NCBI RefSeq assembly: GCF_006345805.1
Contig: NW_021832379.1
Coordinates: 62,001-126,000 of the forward strand
Source of the DNA: Octopus sinensis
Taxonomy: Eukaryota
Length of the DNA stretch: 64,000 nt
Reading direction: 5' to 3'
Both the position numbers and the translations under genes were made by a program. Shown here piece after piece: positions 11,771 through 24,500 of the stretch; position 1 is the stretch's first letter; each line of letters starts with the position of its first letter. The notes beneath the pieces were generated by a model. It ran no database searches. It was given only the letters and a program-made list of their open reading frames with translations, and was not told the origin of the DNA.

Positions 11771-12021
11771 TGTTATGTGTTATTTCGTTCTAATGGGAAA
11801 GACAACTCAATACGAAGCATAGTTATTCTTTTACGTGTTTATTTACTTTTCCATGTTACACGAACTGCGCTACTTTCGGCACAGCGACATCTAGATATCG
11901 TTAGACACAGCGTAGTAATACTATTTACTTTAAAACACAGTTCATACTGTTCACTAACAAATAGTGCCAAAAGTGGGGATGTATTCTACACACGTATACA
12001 CATAGATATGAATGTGTAACA
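11771..12021 (-). repeat. 5' LTR of Gypsy element
   Basis: Pairs with 7037-7287; TG...CA ends. Confidence 0.95.
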
Positions 12022-12799
12022 TATACTATCCAATCACAGAGATTAAGATTTACAATGGGATTATTATGGTGTTGTGGTATATACTACAATATGCAATGAA
12101 TAGAATATAAAAGTCATTTCAGAAAGAAAATCAATAACTAGCCAAAGGAAAAGATATACTGTTAATCAATAGATAATAAAATGTTAACGAAATAGCTGAA
12201 TAATTTAGACTTAGTTTTCAGTCTGTTTTATTGCAGTTATCATCATCATCATCATTTAAAATCTGTTTTCCAAGCTGGTATGGGCTGGACAGTTTGGGCA
12301 GAACTAGAAAGCAGGAGAAATGCACCAAGTTCCAATCGTCTGTTCATCAGTTGGGTGCTTTTTACATGGCATTGACACAGGTACTTTTAGGAAAGAGAAA
12401 TACAATAAGGTGTTGAAAGCATTTGTCAGTTAAATGCTTTTGATAACAAGTTAATCTGCATCTGGTGTTACAATATTACAGATTATTAACAACCTAAGTG
12501 CTCAAATCATCGCACTTAATGTGCTGTAATAGTGTAGGGTAATAATGAAGCAACACTTTCTTTATAACTGCTACATCATTATCATTTGATATCAACTTTT
12601 CAATGCTTGCATGGGTCAGACAGAATTTCAGGAGGCAGGTCATCTATGGCTGGATGCCCTTCCTGTTGCCAACCAAGGTAATATTTTCTCATAGACACAT
12701 TCTTCACAGAAGACTGGAAACAAACACCGCCACTAGTATAATGAACGTTCACACAACCATCACGTATCAGGACAAAGGTACATACACATGTATGTATAT

Positions 12800-13040
12800 A
12801 TATCATCATCATCGTTTATCGTCCGCTTTCCATGCTAGCATGGGTTGGACAGTTCAACTGGGGCCTGGGAAGCCAGGAAGCTGCACCAGGCCCAGTCTGA
12901 TCTGGTAATGTTTCTACGGCTGGATGCCCTTCCTAATGCCAACCACTCCGTGAGTGTAGTGGGTGCTTTTTATGAGCCAGACAGATGGCACTGGCACCAG
13001 CCACCGACTGACTTCACTTGGTTCAACAGGTCTTCACAAG
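12800..13040 (-). mobile_element. RTE 3' UTR fragment
   Basis: (CAT)n-cgtttatcgtccgctttccatgctagcatggg...ggatgcccttcctaatgccaacc. Confidence 0.75.
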
Positions 13041-13932
13041 CACAGCATATCACCCAACAATTGAAAGGTGCTTTTACTGGGTTGGTTAGATGACACTGGA
13101 ATAGCCTCCACCCCACTTCGGTCACGAATGACCATGGGATTGCACCTAGAATGTTCCTGCTCCGAAGCACAAGTCCAGGCAAGGTTGTTTATGGAAGACC
13201 AGCAGCCACCCATGCATAGTAGCCACCCCTTTCCACACCCCCAATGTTGTCCACCTGTGTATGTATATACATATGCAATGGAATTCTTTCAGTTGCACCT
13301 TTCCACTTATGAATCCACTTCCAAGGCTTTGGTCAGACAAGAGCAGCAGTAGAAGACACTTGCTCAAGGTGCTGTGCAGTGGAACTGAACCCATGACCTC
13401 ATGTTTGGGAAGCAAACTACACAGCCACATATGCACCTATATCATGCTTAGGATAAAATAAATGACTTCTAACAGACACAAAGCCAGAACTTTATGAAGT
13501 GGGGGGGGGGGTAGTTGGTTAAATTGGCTCCTGTATTTGACTAGCACCTTATCAACCTGAGAGGGGTTAAAAAAAACAAAGTTGACCTTGGCAGGATTTG
13601 AACTCAGAACATAAAGAGGTGAGACAAATACTGCAAATATCACTAACAAGTTTGCCAATTCACTGTTTTTAGCTTAGTTAATAATGAAGAAATTTGAGAA
13701 GATATTGTTACAGTAGAAATATGAAACTGCTGTTATGAATAAACTCCATTTTACACAGGAAATGCACACACACACACACACACGTATATTTATATATATA
13801 TCAGTTATGTAACTTGTGGAAACAAGGACCACAGCTTTTAACGTTATTAAAACATTTCTTGTCAAACTTATTATCTAAATAGGGTCAAGATTGGTGCTGA
13901 TTAATACTGACTTTGCTGAAGTGTAGTTTTAA

Positions 13933-14364
13933 CCCTTTTGTTACTATATTTCTGTGGAAATACATTGCCTTTGTTTCAATTAACGTTGAAAATAACGAAG
14001 AATTTTGTAAAATAACAGTCATTAATGAAGCTGGTAGAAATAAGCTTGCTAGGCAAAATGCTTAGCAAACATTTCATTTGGTTTTATGTTCCGAGTTCAA
14101 ATTCCACCAAGGTCAATTCTGACTCTCAACCTTTCGCAGTCAATAAAATAAGTAGCAGTTGAACAGCAGGGATAAGGTTATCAACTTACCCTCTCTCCAT
14201 CCTGAAATTACCGGCCTTGTGCCAAAATTTGAAACTATTAAGCCGGAGTTTGGAATAAAAATAAACACAAAATGTTGACGGTAGGTTCATTTTGGATCAC
14301 TTTAAAACAAAGAATTTGTATAATAGAGCCAAGGCTGGTTTCAGGTGGGTAGATATCAAAAGGG
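13933..14364. mobile_element. piggyBac-like MITE with a nested SINE fragment (about 14080-14240)
   Basis: TTAA|CCCTTTTG...CAAAAGGG|TTAA termini; internal gttcaaattccaccaaggtc SINE B-box region. Confidence 0.7.
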
Positions 14365-14934
14365 TTAAATGGTTTGCAGTCACCTCAAGAACTGGAAAAT
14401 TCACATAGTTATAAACCTGGTGGTTCAAACAAGATGCAGAGGCCATTGAGAAGATGTTGCCAATGGTTAAGTTGCAGGAGGACATGCATCAGCAAGAACA
14501 TGAAACTATAATGAAAGGGAGTCTTAAAAAAAAGTTGATTCCTGGTGAAACTTCGTTGTTGTTGGTGCCATGTAAAAAGCACCCAGGGCTCACTGTAAAG
14601 TGGTTGGCATTACGAAGGGCATCCAGCTGTAGAAACCATGCCAAAACAGACAGCAGAGCTTCGTGTAGCTTTCTGATTTGCCTGTTCCTGCCAAACCGTC
14701 CAACCCATGCCAGCATGGAAAATGAATGTGCAATGATGACGTATCTTTCACTTGTTTCAGTCACTGGACTGTGGCCATGCTGGGGCACAACCTCAAACAG
14801 CTTTAGTTAAATAAATAGGCCTCAGTACTTATTTTTCAAGTCTGATAAATGTTCTATTACAGAGACAAAAATAAAACAATAGTTGTCAAGCAATGGGGGA
14901 AGGGGGGGGGGGGGCTAATCAAAGATATACATAC

Positions 14935-14938
<4 letters not shown>

Positions 14939-14974
<36 letters not shown>
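14939..14974. repeat. (TA)n microsatellite
   Basis: Direct observation; another long (TA)n at about 33358-33432. Confidence 0.95.
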
Positions 14975-14977
<3 letters not shown>

Positions 14978-15082
14978 GTTGTACAGACAGAACACAACAA
15001 GGAAAAAAGTTAGATGAAAGCAGAGCAAACGAAAAATTAGACGAAAACTTAACAGACAGGAAATACAAAGACAAAAAAGACC

Positions 15083-15345
15083 CCCTTCGGTCATGAATGA
15101 CCATGGGATTGCACCTAGAAAGTTACCCTCCTAGACACAAGTCCGGGCAAGGTTGTTTATGGAAGACCAGCAGTCGCCCATGCATACCGGCCTCCCCTCT
15201 CCACGCCACCAGTGTTATCCAAGGGAAAGACAAATGTCGATACAGCTTGGCACCAGTGACATTGCAACTCATTTCTACAGCTGAGTGAACTGGAGCAACG
15301 TGAAATAAAGTGCTTTGCTCAAGAACACAACACACAACAAAGACA
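15083..15345 (-). mobile_element. SINE (second family), truncated
   Basis: ccttcggtcatgaatgaccatgggattgcacctagaa...gaactggagcaacgtgaaataaagtg; a diverged copy lies at about 13110-13240. Confidence 0.65.
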
Positions 15346-15532
15346 CGATACCGGAATATTCACAGTTGAATTTTCCTCATCAGTCAATGAGCCAAAATAT
15401 CATTGTAGTTTCATGCCATTATCATTGAGACCACTCAATCTTGGAGGTTCCAGTGCTGTTATTAAACTACTGGGAAAAAACTAGCAAATGTATACAGAGA
15501 AAGAAACAAACAAGACATTGTATATGCAGAGT

Positions 15533-15865
15533 GGAGGCGCAATGGCCCAGTGGTTAGGGCAGCAAACTTGCAGTCATAGGATCACGGTTTTGATTCCCAG
15601 AACAAGTGTTGTGAGTGTTTATTGAGCAAAACACCTAAAAGCTCCGGCAGGGGGTGGTGGCAACAACTTTCTCTCACTTATTCTTCTTGTTCCTGGTGTA
15701 CCTGTATTTCAAAGGGCCAGCCTTGTCACACTGAATCTCCCCGAGAACTACGTTAAGGGTACGTGTCTGTAGAGTGCTCAACCACTTGCGCATTAATTTC
15801 ACGAGCTGGATGATCTGCTGATCAGATCAACTAGAACCCTCGCTGTCATAACTGACAGAGTGCCG
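15533..15865 (+). mobile_element. tRNA-derived SINE (third family)
   Basis: Head GGAGGCGCAATGGCCCAGTGGTTAGGGC with an A-box and a decayed B-box GGTTTTGATTCCC; no acceptor stem, so not a tRNA gene. Confidence 0.7.
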
Positions 15866-16040
15866 TGATATATAAATACAACAGATGATGAATTATGCAT
15901 ATATAACAGCACAAAGCCTCATGACTATATACAACAGAAGAAAAAATAACATATATATTTATATATAATTATTTATTATGTATGGTTAAAATCCTAGCAG
16001 CATCCTCTTTAGGCATATCTGCTCATTCCTTATGTAGTTC

Positions 16041-16352
16041 CATTTAATGTGAGGTATGCATTGGATTTGAAAATTCTGGAAATATTGTTTGCAGAGTTAT
16101 AAACAGAAAGTTCAAAACATTTTTGGTATTATTTTCCACCATTACACATGTTTCATTTGGTAATAGCTATTACAAAATTGTACATATTTATCCAATATGT
16201 ACAATTTTGTGATTCCTATTAGCAAATGAAACAGGTGTAATGGTGAATAAATATTACCAAAAAACTTTCTAGATTCCCGTTTTGTTATATATTAATTCTG
16301 CAAACAATATTTCCAGAACTTTCAACTCTAATATGTGCCTCACATCAAAACA
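16041..16352. repeat. About 310-bp imperfect palindrome (foldback/MITE-like)
   Basis: Arms pair along their full length around a 5-nt loop (acatatt-tatcc-aatatgt, 16182-16200); e.g. 16067-16095 vs 16297-16325 has 1 mismatch. Confidence 0.85.
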
Positions 16353-18380
16353 ACAACGACAGCAACTACATAGTGAATTGTAATACTGGAATAAGCAGAT
16401 TTGCTCGAAGAGGACACAGCTTGGATTCCCCCCCCCCCTACAAACATAAGACACACACACACAGAAAACGGGCTTCCACACAGTTTCCGTGTACCAAACT
16501 CGCTTATAAAACATCGGTCGGCCCGAGGCTACAGAAGGCCCCTAGCAGCTGGACAGACGGGCAAACATACACATAATTATTGGCAAGAAGACATATACCC
16601 CGAGGAGTCTCTATACCCCTTAAAAGAAACTTATTTTGATATACACTATATTAAACCTCTGAATATGTATCATTTTTATTCACTACAAGAAAAGAAAAGA
16701 AAAACGCTCCTTGTCGAACTATTGTTCTATCAAATATTTTCGTCTTGGTAAATTACTTTGCCACATAAATATTCCCACGTAGCCATTAATGTGAAGTGAA
16801 AATAAAAATTAAAAAAAAAGCTCTCACGCCAATCGTTTGAAATGGAAAGAGTTAATGAAGAATTTTTTAGGAAAATTTAGTAAAGGTTTAAATAAAACCA
16901 AATGAGAAATCAACCAATTTATTAGATAATTTAATATTACACATATCAAATCACATAAATGCCAGACTATTTCGTATTTGCTTGAATTATCGACACTGCA
17001 TCGGTTGTTATTTAATCTTGTAATCCACCATGGCAGACAAGATTATTAATTTAGAGTCTATAAGAGGAGGGGGGCATTAATAGCTTGATTTTTAAATAAG
17101 GAATCACAAAATAAAATACTTACAGGGATGAGTACAGCATAATGGATTTATTGGAGTATATTTTGACTAAAATACATTTTTTAAGAACACAGAATGCCCA
17201 ATCCTTTCCATTTGTCACGATCAGAACCTCACTCAACCTTCATGTTTGCATATATGAATGAAGAAGTAAGGAATGCAAGGACTTCGCATTATTTTGTTAT
17301 TGAGTTCAAATACTGCCGAGGACGACTTTCATCCTTTCAGGGGTTAATAAAATAAAGTACCAACGTGTGAAAGTACTAAGGTCGATGTAATTGATTTGCC
17401 CCCCTCTTCTCTCAAAATTCTTGGCTTTGTGCCAAAATGACAATAATTTCATTATTTCGAGAAAGAAAAAAAACATTGAACCAAATAATGCTGAAATTTA
17501 TAAGAAAACCCTTTCTTTTAAGATACGCTTATTTGAAATATGAAAATCTGTTGAGGTTTTAACTATATAAAAAGCAGAAACCTGAAAGAAGACACATCAC
17601 AGGAAGAAGGAATACAAATATTTTAGTGTAAAATAATGATTCCTGTCCATAATGACTCACCAAGACTGAAACTAATAATTGACCCGGCGGAATTTGAACT
17701 AAGGTATCAAATTACGGTAAATAATGCTCTTCGGTATAAGGTACAAAAAATAAAGGACTTTTGAAGTTCATACAATTTTATTTTTCCTTCTAAATAGAAG
17801 CAGAACAAACAACGTGTAAATTATTATTAAAGAAAGAAGATTAATGTTTAAAGATAATCTCTAATCCGGTCGACAAAATCCGGTGATGTATTTAATGAGG
17901 CATTTCAAGCGACAGAAGCCACAAATGACCGGATTTTCTCTTTCTTCTTAGTTCTGTAATAAACCTTCATAAACAGAGGCGAAGTATTTCATTTAGCTTG
18001 TATTAAATAATTTTACCTTACGTGAAATAAACCTTTATTTCACCTCAGGTAAAATCATTTAAAATACTACAACTGCTTTTTGTCTTTTAATTTTTTAAAA
18101 ACATATTACGATTGTTTCAGTCTTTCCACTCATTACAGACACACACACATATATTCCATGTAGACATACGAAGACGATGTATTCCGTAAACGCCAACACA
18201 CACACAGATACATATATGTGTGTGTTAGTTACAAGAACTGTAGTATTCTACGTGTGCCCCCCCAAAAACAAAATCCTCGACCGGTTGAGTATTTAATGGA
18301 GCGTCCAGCAAATGAGTTTCTCTCTCGTCTTCCACGAAAAATCAAAACACAAATACAATAAAATAATCTAAGTTTCATTT

Positions 18381-18612
18381 ACTTACAGCTCCTCTATGCA
18401 ACTTCAGAAAATTATATATATATATATATACAGATGGAAATTATTCTTTGGGGGTTCTTCTATTGTTCTTTTTTTTTTTCATAAAAATCCCCAATAAAAT
18501 CGTTTTAAATGATTAAATGACATTCAATAATGGCCAAAAATACCGGAAGAATGTTTACACACGCCATTATGGCTCACTCCTGACACCTATACAAGGCTTC
18601 ATTTGATTGGTC
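18381..18612 (-). promoter_or_regulatory. Putative promoter and non-coding first exon of a leftward-transcribed gene
   Basis: Minus-strand order: CCAAT (18606-10), YY1-like AATGGCG (18562-68), ETS CTTCCGG (18543-49), GGCCATT, then a GTAAGT donor at 18386-18381. Motif-only inference. Confidence 0.35.
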
Positions 18613-19484
18613 GAAATAAAGGACATATGGACAAATCAAATTTATTATAACATCTGCACATGAATAGATTTCGCTTCATATTAGCATTAACCCTTGTTCT
18701 TGTTTATTTGTTGTTTTTTTTCATGGCTTAGCAGATATCTTGTCTGAGAATCAATCCTGTAGAGTGTTCTGTATTTGTACCTGATCATATAGAAACGAAT
18801 AATGTTAGGGATTCAACTAAAATGAATAACTGTTTTCTCTTTTTATATATTCCCAGTTAAATTTATGCTTTCAGTGCTTTATCCTCTTATTTCTAAAAGT
18901 ATCCCTAGAATAGGTTCTAGTGATGGGATCTTTTCGGTTTGAACGGCAGTTTTTAACATAATTTCTAGGTAACTAAAAAATTTTAAACTTCGTATACTGG
19001 TAGAATGTGTTTATAAAACATCTTTTTCTCTTGGCTTTCTTGAGAAAATTTTGTAGTTTGTAACATATTTCGTCTTTAATTTCTTGCATTTCGGCAATTT
19101 TAACCAATTACTGGTATCTAATGAGTTAAAAAGCATTCTGTGCCGTATGAATATGTCCCTCGTTTAAGAAACACATTGGGTTTATTTACAATTGTGAAGA
19201 AAAACAAATACCCTTCCCCCACCCCTAATCCTAACCCTAATTAACCCTAAATCTAAAACAGATTGAAATGCAATAGATCGATTCTAGGGTCATAATTATG
19301 GGTGACAATTTCGTATGACACCGCTAGAAAACGCGTAGGTATCTTTTTTTTTCTTCACAAATGTAAATAAACCCAATGTGTTTCTTAAATGAGGGACATA
19401 TTCATACGGCACAGAATGCTTTTTAACTCAATAGACGCCAGTGATTGGTTAAAATTGCCGAAATGCAAGAAATTAAAGGCGAAA

Positions 19485-20995
19485 TCTCTCTATATATAAA
19501 ACTGAGAATGTGTGTCTGTCTGTGTGTTTCCCTAAAACTTGAGAACTACACAACCAATTTCATTCAAATTTTACACATGCCTTACTTAGGGTCCAGGGAG
19601 TGTCATCGGCAAAAACATCTTGAACTTTTTGCCAAGGGCGAGCCCACAGCAATATCATATCTTCTCCACTACGATTCCCTAAAACTTGAGAACTACACAG
19701 CCAATTTCATTCAAATTTTACACATACCTTACTTAGGGTCCATGTAGTTTCATGAGCATAAAAAATGTTCAACTTTTTGCCTAGGGCGAGCCCATAGCAA
19801 TATCATGTCTTCTCCACTATTTCAGTATTACGTGTTAAAAGTGAAACAAAAACATTTCTCTATTTTATGTCAGATACTTTCACTTTAACAATAAAAATTA
19901 GAGATAATAATAACAATTGAATTATATGTAGTAAGTACTAATTAAAATCAAACTAAAGTATAATATAATCGTAACATAACAAAAGTAAAAATAGCAATTG
20001 GTATAAAATTGCATCACTGACTTGAACTTGAATAAGTGGTTTCACATGAATGGGAATAAATCAAAAATATAATTAGCGTGCTAAACTGGAATAGTCCAGA
20101 TGGAGCCGTGCACATACCGTTTGTTGTGCACAACGTTGTTGTGTTGCATTTGTTAAATAATTGTAAAATGTAACCCTCCACCTTTGGGTGAAGGAGCTTT
20201 GGTTATTGTTTAAAAATTGAATTGTGTCCCTGTTTGGGGAAATTGACAATATTTTCACCGTATATACGGAAGCATTTTTGTTAGAATGCCTTCGATAGAA
20301 GAAAGTCCAAAAAATAATTTCGCTGCAGCAGTCGGCGGGCGCGAACTCATTAAAATTAAAATGGAAGAAATACAAACCTATTTCGGATTGATCACCGACA
20401 AAGATGGTGAATCTAGGATAACACCACCAAACGAAATGAAAAATTAAATTAAAGAAAAGACTATTGTCTATAAAGTATACAATGTAAAGGGAAAAAAAAG
20501 ATTTGAACACCTGGAGGAAAGCACCATCAAAAAGTATCTTGGTGCGACTATGAAAGATATCTAACCAGAGGCGGTAAATTCGCCACAATAGAAGCAAGGT
20601 TCGAGTCAATGGAGCGTGCAAGGGAGTACTCGACTCGAACCTCGCAAAGTGGAAATATTTTATTTTTACCTTTATATCTGGGACGTAGGACGTCCCAGAT
20701 AAAAATTTAAAATGTTAACCCAGAAGTAGAGGTAGGCTGGATTGTAGCCACACTTCTATACAAGAGGGAGGACAAGATACAATTGATCGAAATTGCAAGA
20801 GACGGGCCTACAATTCCAGTCTGTTATATATTTTGAGTATTGTTATCACTAGCGATATCAAGATATAACTTTGTATTTTGTATTTTATGTGTAGATGTAT
20901 ATATATATAGATGTACATGTAATGTGTACACATATATATACACATATATACATGCACTAGCACTATGACCCGGCAACGACAGGTCATAATGCTAG
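19485..20995 (+). mobile_element. Non-autonomous Helitron inserted in the Merlin-like element
   Basis: 5' TCTCTCTATATATAAAA with GTCT microsatellite, 3' hairpin (tatgacccggcaacgacaggtcata) plus CTAG; inserted at A|T with no TSD (removal restores gcgaaa|tatgttataaac seen in the sister arm); internal ~145-bp duplication (19531/19678). Confidence 0.85.
20085..20810 (+). pseudogene. Tx1/L1-like LINE 5' UTR and ORF1 N-terminal fragment inside the Helitron
   Basis: Diverged paralog of 21620-22320 (aatttcgctgcagc..ggcgg, acaatagaagcaaggttcgagtcaa, tatatctggg); encodes MPSIEESPKNNFAAAVGGRELIKIKMEEIQ. Confidence 0.8.
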
Positions 20996-21554
20996 TATGT
21001 TATAAACTACAGAATTTTCTCAAGAAAGCCAAGAGAAAATGATGTTTTATAAACACATTCTACCATTATACAAAGTTTAAAATATTTTTAGTTACCTAGA
21101 AATTATGTTAAAAACTGCCGTTCAAACCGAAAAGATCCTAGTGATGTACTGGAATCAATTCAATTGATTATAATGATGTAACATTTATGGTAACCAGGGC
21201 TAGTGTGTGAGTGTACGTATGCATAGAATTCAGTTGCTCCTACCACTCTTCTTACCTGAATATTAGCATTGAAAGAAGATCTCAGTCACTCTGGCTTGCA
21301 ATCTCTCTTGTAGCCATATTGATATCCTCAATGTTTGAGAAACACATTAAGAATGATCTCGTTTGAGATTACAACCATCTTTGGCTAGTTTGACCCTGAT
21401 TGGTTGGCATCTAGCACAGTCTGTCTCTCTACTTATTTCGTGCCAGAGTGTAAAGCGAACCAATCACGGCCTTCGGATAAGGCCTACCTAAGATGCCCGT
21501 CTTTGAGCCAGTTTAACTCCTTAAATAAGCCTGTTTTCACTATTCTTTGTCTTT

Positions 21555-24500
21555 CGACTTCAGCCCACACACGCGTCTACGGAGTATTGCTTCTTGTTTA
21601 ACCGCAAGGTTTGTTACTATTATTACTGTTGTTATCACGTTTGTTGGTTTCCCGTAAGGGAAGCGTTGTTGTATTGCATTTGGTTAAATATTGTAAACCG
21701 TAACCCTCCCCCTTTGAAGGAACTTTTTTGTGTAAAAATTGAACTGTGTCCCTGTTTGGGAAATTGCCATTTTTACGGAAAAAATTGTGTTAAAATGTCT
21801 TCAATGGAAGGAAACCAAAAAATGAATTTCGCTGCAGCCATTGGCGGTCGTAAACAAATAAGCATAAAAATAGAAGAAATCCAAACATGCTTCGGAATGA
21901 TAAGCGAAAGTAATGGCGTATCAAAAATAACACCACCCAACAAACTCAAAAACAAAATCAAAGAGAGAACCATAATATATAAAAGTTATAACGCAGAAAG
22001 TAACAGATTTGAACACCCGGAAGAGAGCACTATAGAGAGATGTCTTGGTGCGACATTAAAAGAAATAAAATATCTAACAAGAGGTAATAAATTCACCACA
22101 ATAGAAGCAAGGTTCGAGTCAACGGAACGTGCAAGAGAATATTCGACTCGAACCTTGCAAAGTTGCAATATTTTGTTGTTGCCCCTATATCTGGGGCGAA
22201 GGATGTCCCGAATTAAAATTTAAAATATCCCTCCTGTGATGGAGGTGGGATGGATTGTGGCCATGCTGTTGTATAAGAGAGAAGATAAAATTAGAATAAT
22301 TGAAATAACAAGAGACGGACCACAAAATTAGCGAGACGAGACCAGACCCTCGAGATCCTGGTCCAAGCTACCACAAATGACCTCGAAGAACTATCTGGGG
22401 TAATTGTCATGGATGATATAAATATCTCCATCAATGTAGAGGGCAGGAAGCCACGTTGTTATAAATGTGGAAAAAAAAGGCACATAAAAGAAAAGTGTCC
22501 AGAAAACAAAAAAGAAATGAACCAGCCCACCACTACCATCTCCAAGGAAGCCGACCCCCATGAGGGGAGCTTTATAACTAAAACAGGCAAAATCCTTTCA
22601 GAAAAGAGGTGTTACTTGTGGACAAGGAGGAGGCAAAACGAAAAACAAACTCAGCTAAAACCAAAGATGGTGCACTCCCAGCCACGGAGGCCATTACTAG
22701 GAGGGCACTCCCGGCCAAAGAGGCTATCAACGAGGGAGCAACCACCTCTCACCAGCCAACACACGAACAGATTACAGACCGTGAAGAAGAAACAAGTTTG
22801 CAGGATACAAACGAAGGGTTTCATACAGTCTCTAGGAAAAGAACTAAGAATGCAGATTCTCCAACAAAGACACTGGCCCCGAAAACAAAGGTACCAAAAC
22901 TGGAAAGAAAAAAAAAAGAAAAAAGGACAATCATTCATAGATATACCTATAGATATCCCCCAGAACAAAGACTCGGTGACAGTGGCATACAAAACTAAAA
23001 CATCTATCTAGATGGGGGTCATTAGACCCCATCGAGGTACATCGATATACTTTAACAATCATAAAACCAGCCCCATGACCATAGCAAAGATTCCTAAAAC
23101 TTTATTTTTTGACTTAACAAAACTACATCCTAACGATATCGGGGCACTAAAAGATTTTTAAAAAGTGTTTGACCCGCCGGATGAACCCACCCTGGAAGAA
23201 AAGGACGAAAGCCGGAAAATGGTCTCAAATATTTTGAGAACCATTCCCCTTGAAAGATAAAATAATACAAAGGAATGGTAAGTGTCTTTCCTTTTCCCGC
23301 ATAACGTAGGATGACCATGTTAAGGATCGCATGTTTGAATGTTCGTGGCCTGGACTTGAAGAGGAAGCAGGCTTGCCTCGTCGACAATCTCAGGTCACAC
23401 AGAATAGATGTGATGGTTGCTACAGAGACCAGGTTGGGCAAGCTGCAGGCCTTCTCGACCCTCCTGAACGACTACGAGAAAATAATTTCTTCTAGCCAGG
23501 AGGGAGGGAGTAGAGGCGTGGCAGTCTTGATCCAGAAAAGCCTGGCTCTGCAGACACGTACAATCTTCGCGGACCTGGAAGGCGAGTCAGTCGTTCTGGA
23601 TCTAACGTACAGTGGTGAGGCCTTCAGGTTGGTTGGCATCTACGCGCCTGGAAATGCAGAAAAACAAGTTGACTTCTTTCGACGCCTGGAGAACTTTCTG
23701 GTGACATCGAGGACAGTAGTTGTGTTAGGCGACTTTAACACTATACTGGATGCACGCTTGGATAGCGTTAGCTCGAAAGATAGAAAGGGTAACTCATGCC
23801 TCATCATGAAGCGATTCAGGCTGGCAGATCGATATAGACTTGATCATCCGAGTGTTCCAATGTGGACTTGGGCAAGAAACAATGGATTGATCAGGTCTTA
23901 TATAAACAGGATAGTGGTGAGTATTAGAGATAAGTCTAGTTTTACTTGTCCACAATTTACCTATGTACCCTACACGGATCACAAATTAGTGACATGTGGA
24001 GTGCATATAGATAAGGTACATAGACAGGGATCTGGTTATTGGAAGCTAAACAAGACACTATTGGATTGTGAGGCATGCTGTAGCAAGTTTAAGGTATTAG
24101 TTAAGAGGGCACTAACCAGCGCGGTGATTAACAACCGGTGGTGGAGTGCCCTCAAAAGAGCCTTTTGAATTGAGTCAATTAGATTTAGCAAGTAGTTAAG
24201 TCTAGAGCAGACTAGAGTAGAAAGGGATCTAGTTAAGACATTAGAAGAGGCACTGAGATCGGGCCCTGTATCACAAGTGTTGGCAGCGAGAGCGGCTTTG
24301 GACCGACAATTCAATGCCAAGCACGAGGGATGCAGAGTCTGGGCTAGGATACGTGCAATGGGCCGTGAAGGTATCAATGTTGCCAGATGGGCTCGCTCGG
24401 AAGAAACCCGACGTGGCATCGATGCTACGATTGGGTCTTTGGCAGATGAGTCCGGACAGGAGATCCAAGGACAAGAAGAGATATGCAAGGCCTTTCACAA

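Larger units (their letters stand above)
7037..12021 (-). mobile_element. Full-length Ty3/Gypsy (Mag-like) LTR retrotransposon, frameshifted
   Basis: Two 251-bp LTRs (TGTTA...TAACA), 5-bp TSD TATAC (7032-7036 and 12022-12026), PBS, PPT, and gag-PR-RT-RH-IN domain order. Confidence 0.96.
18926..21138. mobile_element. Non-autonomous DNA transposon, GGATCTTTTCGG TIRs, 8-bp TSD (Merlin-like)
   Basis: TSD TAGTGATG at 18918-25 and 21139-46; long inverted arms; GG termini with an 8-bp TSD fit Merlin/IS1016 (MULE not excluded). Confidence 0.8.

Noticed and set aside
15533-15605. Possible tRNA gene (also the SINE head at 1190)
   Set aside because: No acceptor stem or complete cloverleaf; continues into a SINE body
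19218-19255. Telomere-like CCCTAA motifs
   Set aside because: Only a few degenerate units, and part of the Merlin-like element interior (also seen near 32045)
20073-20621. 182-aa hydrophobic minus-strand ORF
   Set aside because: Antisense shadow of the A-rich Tx1 ORF1 fragment
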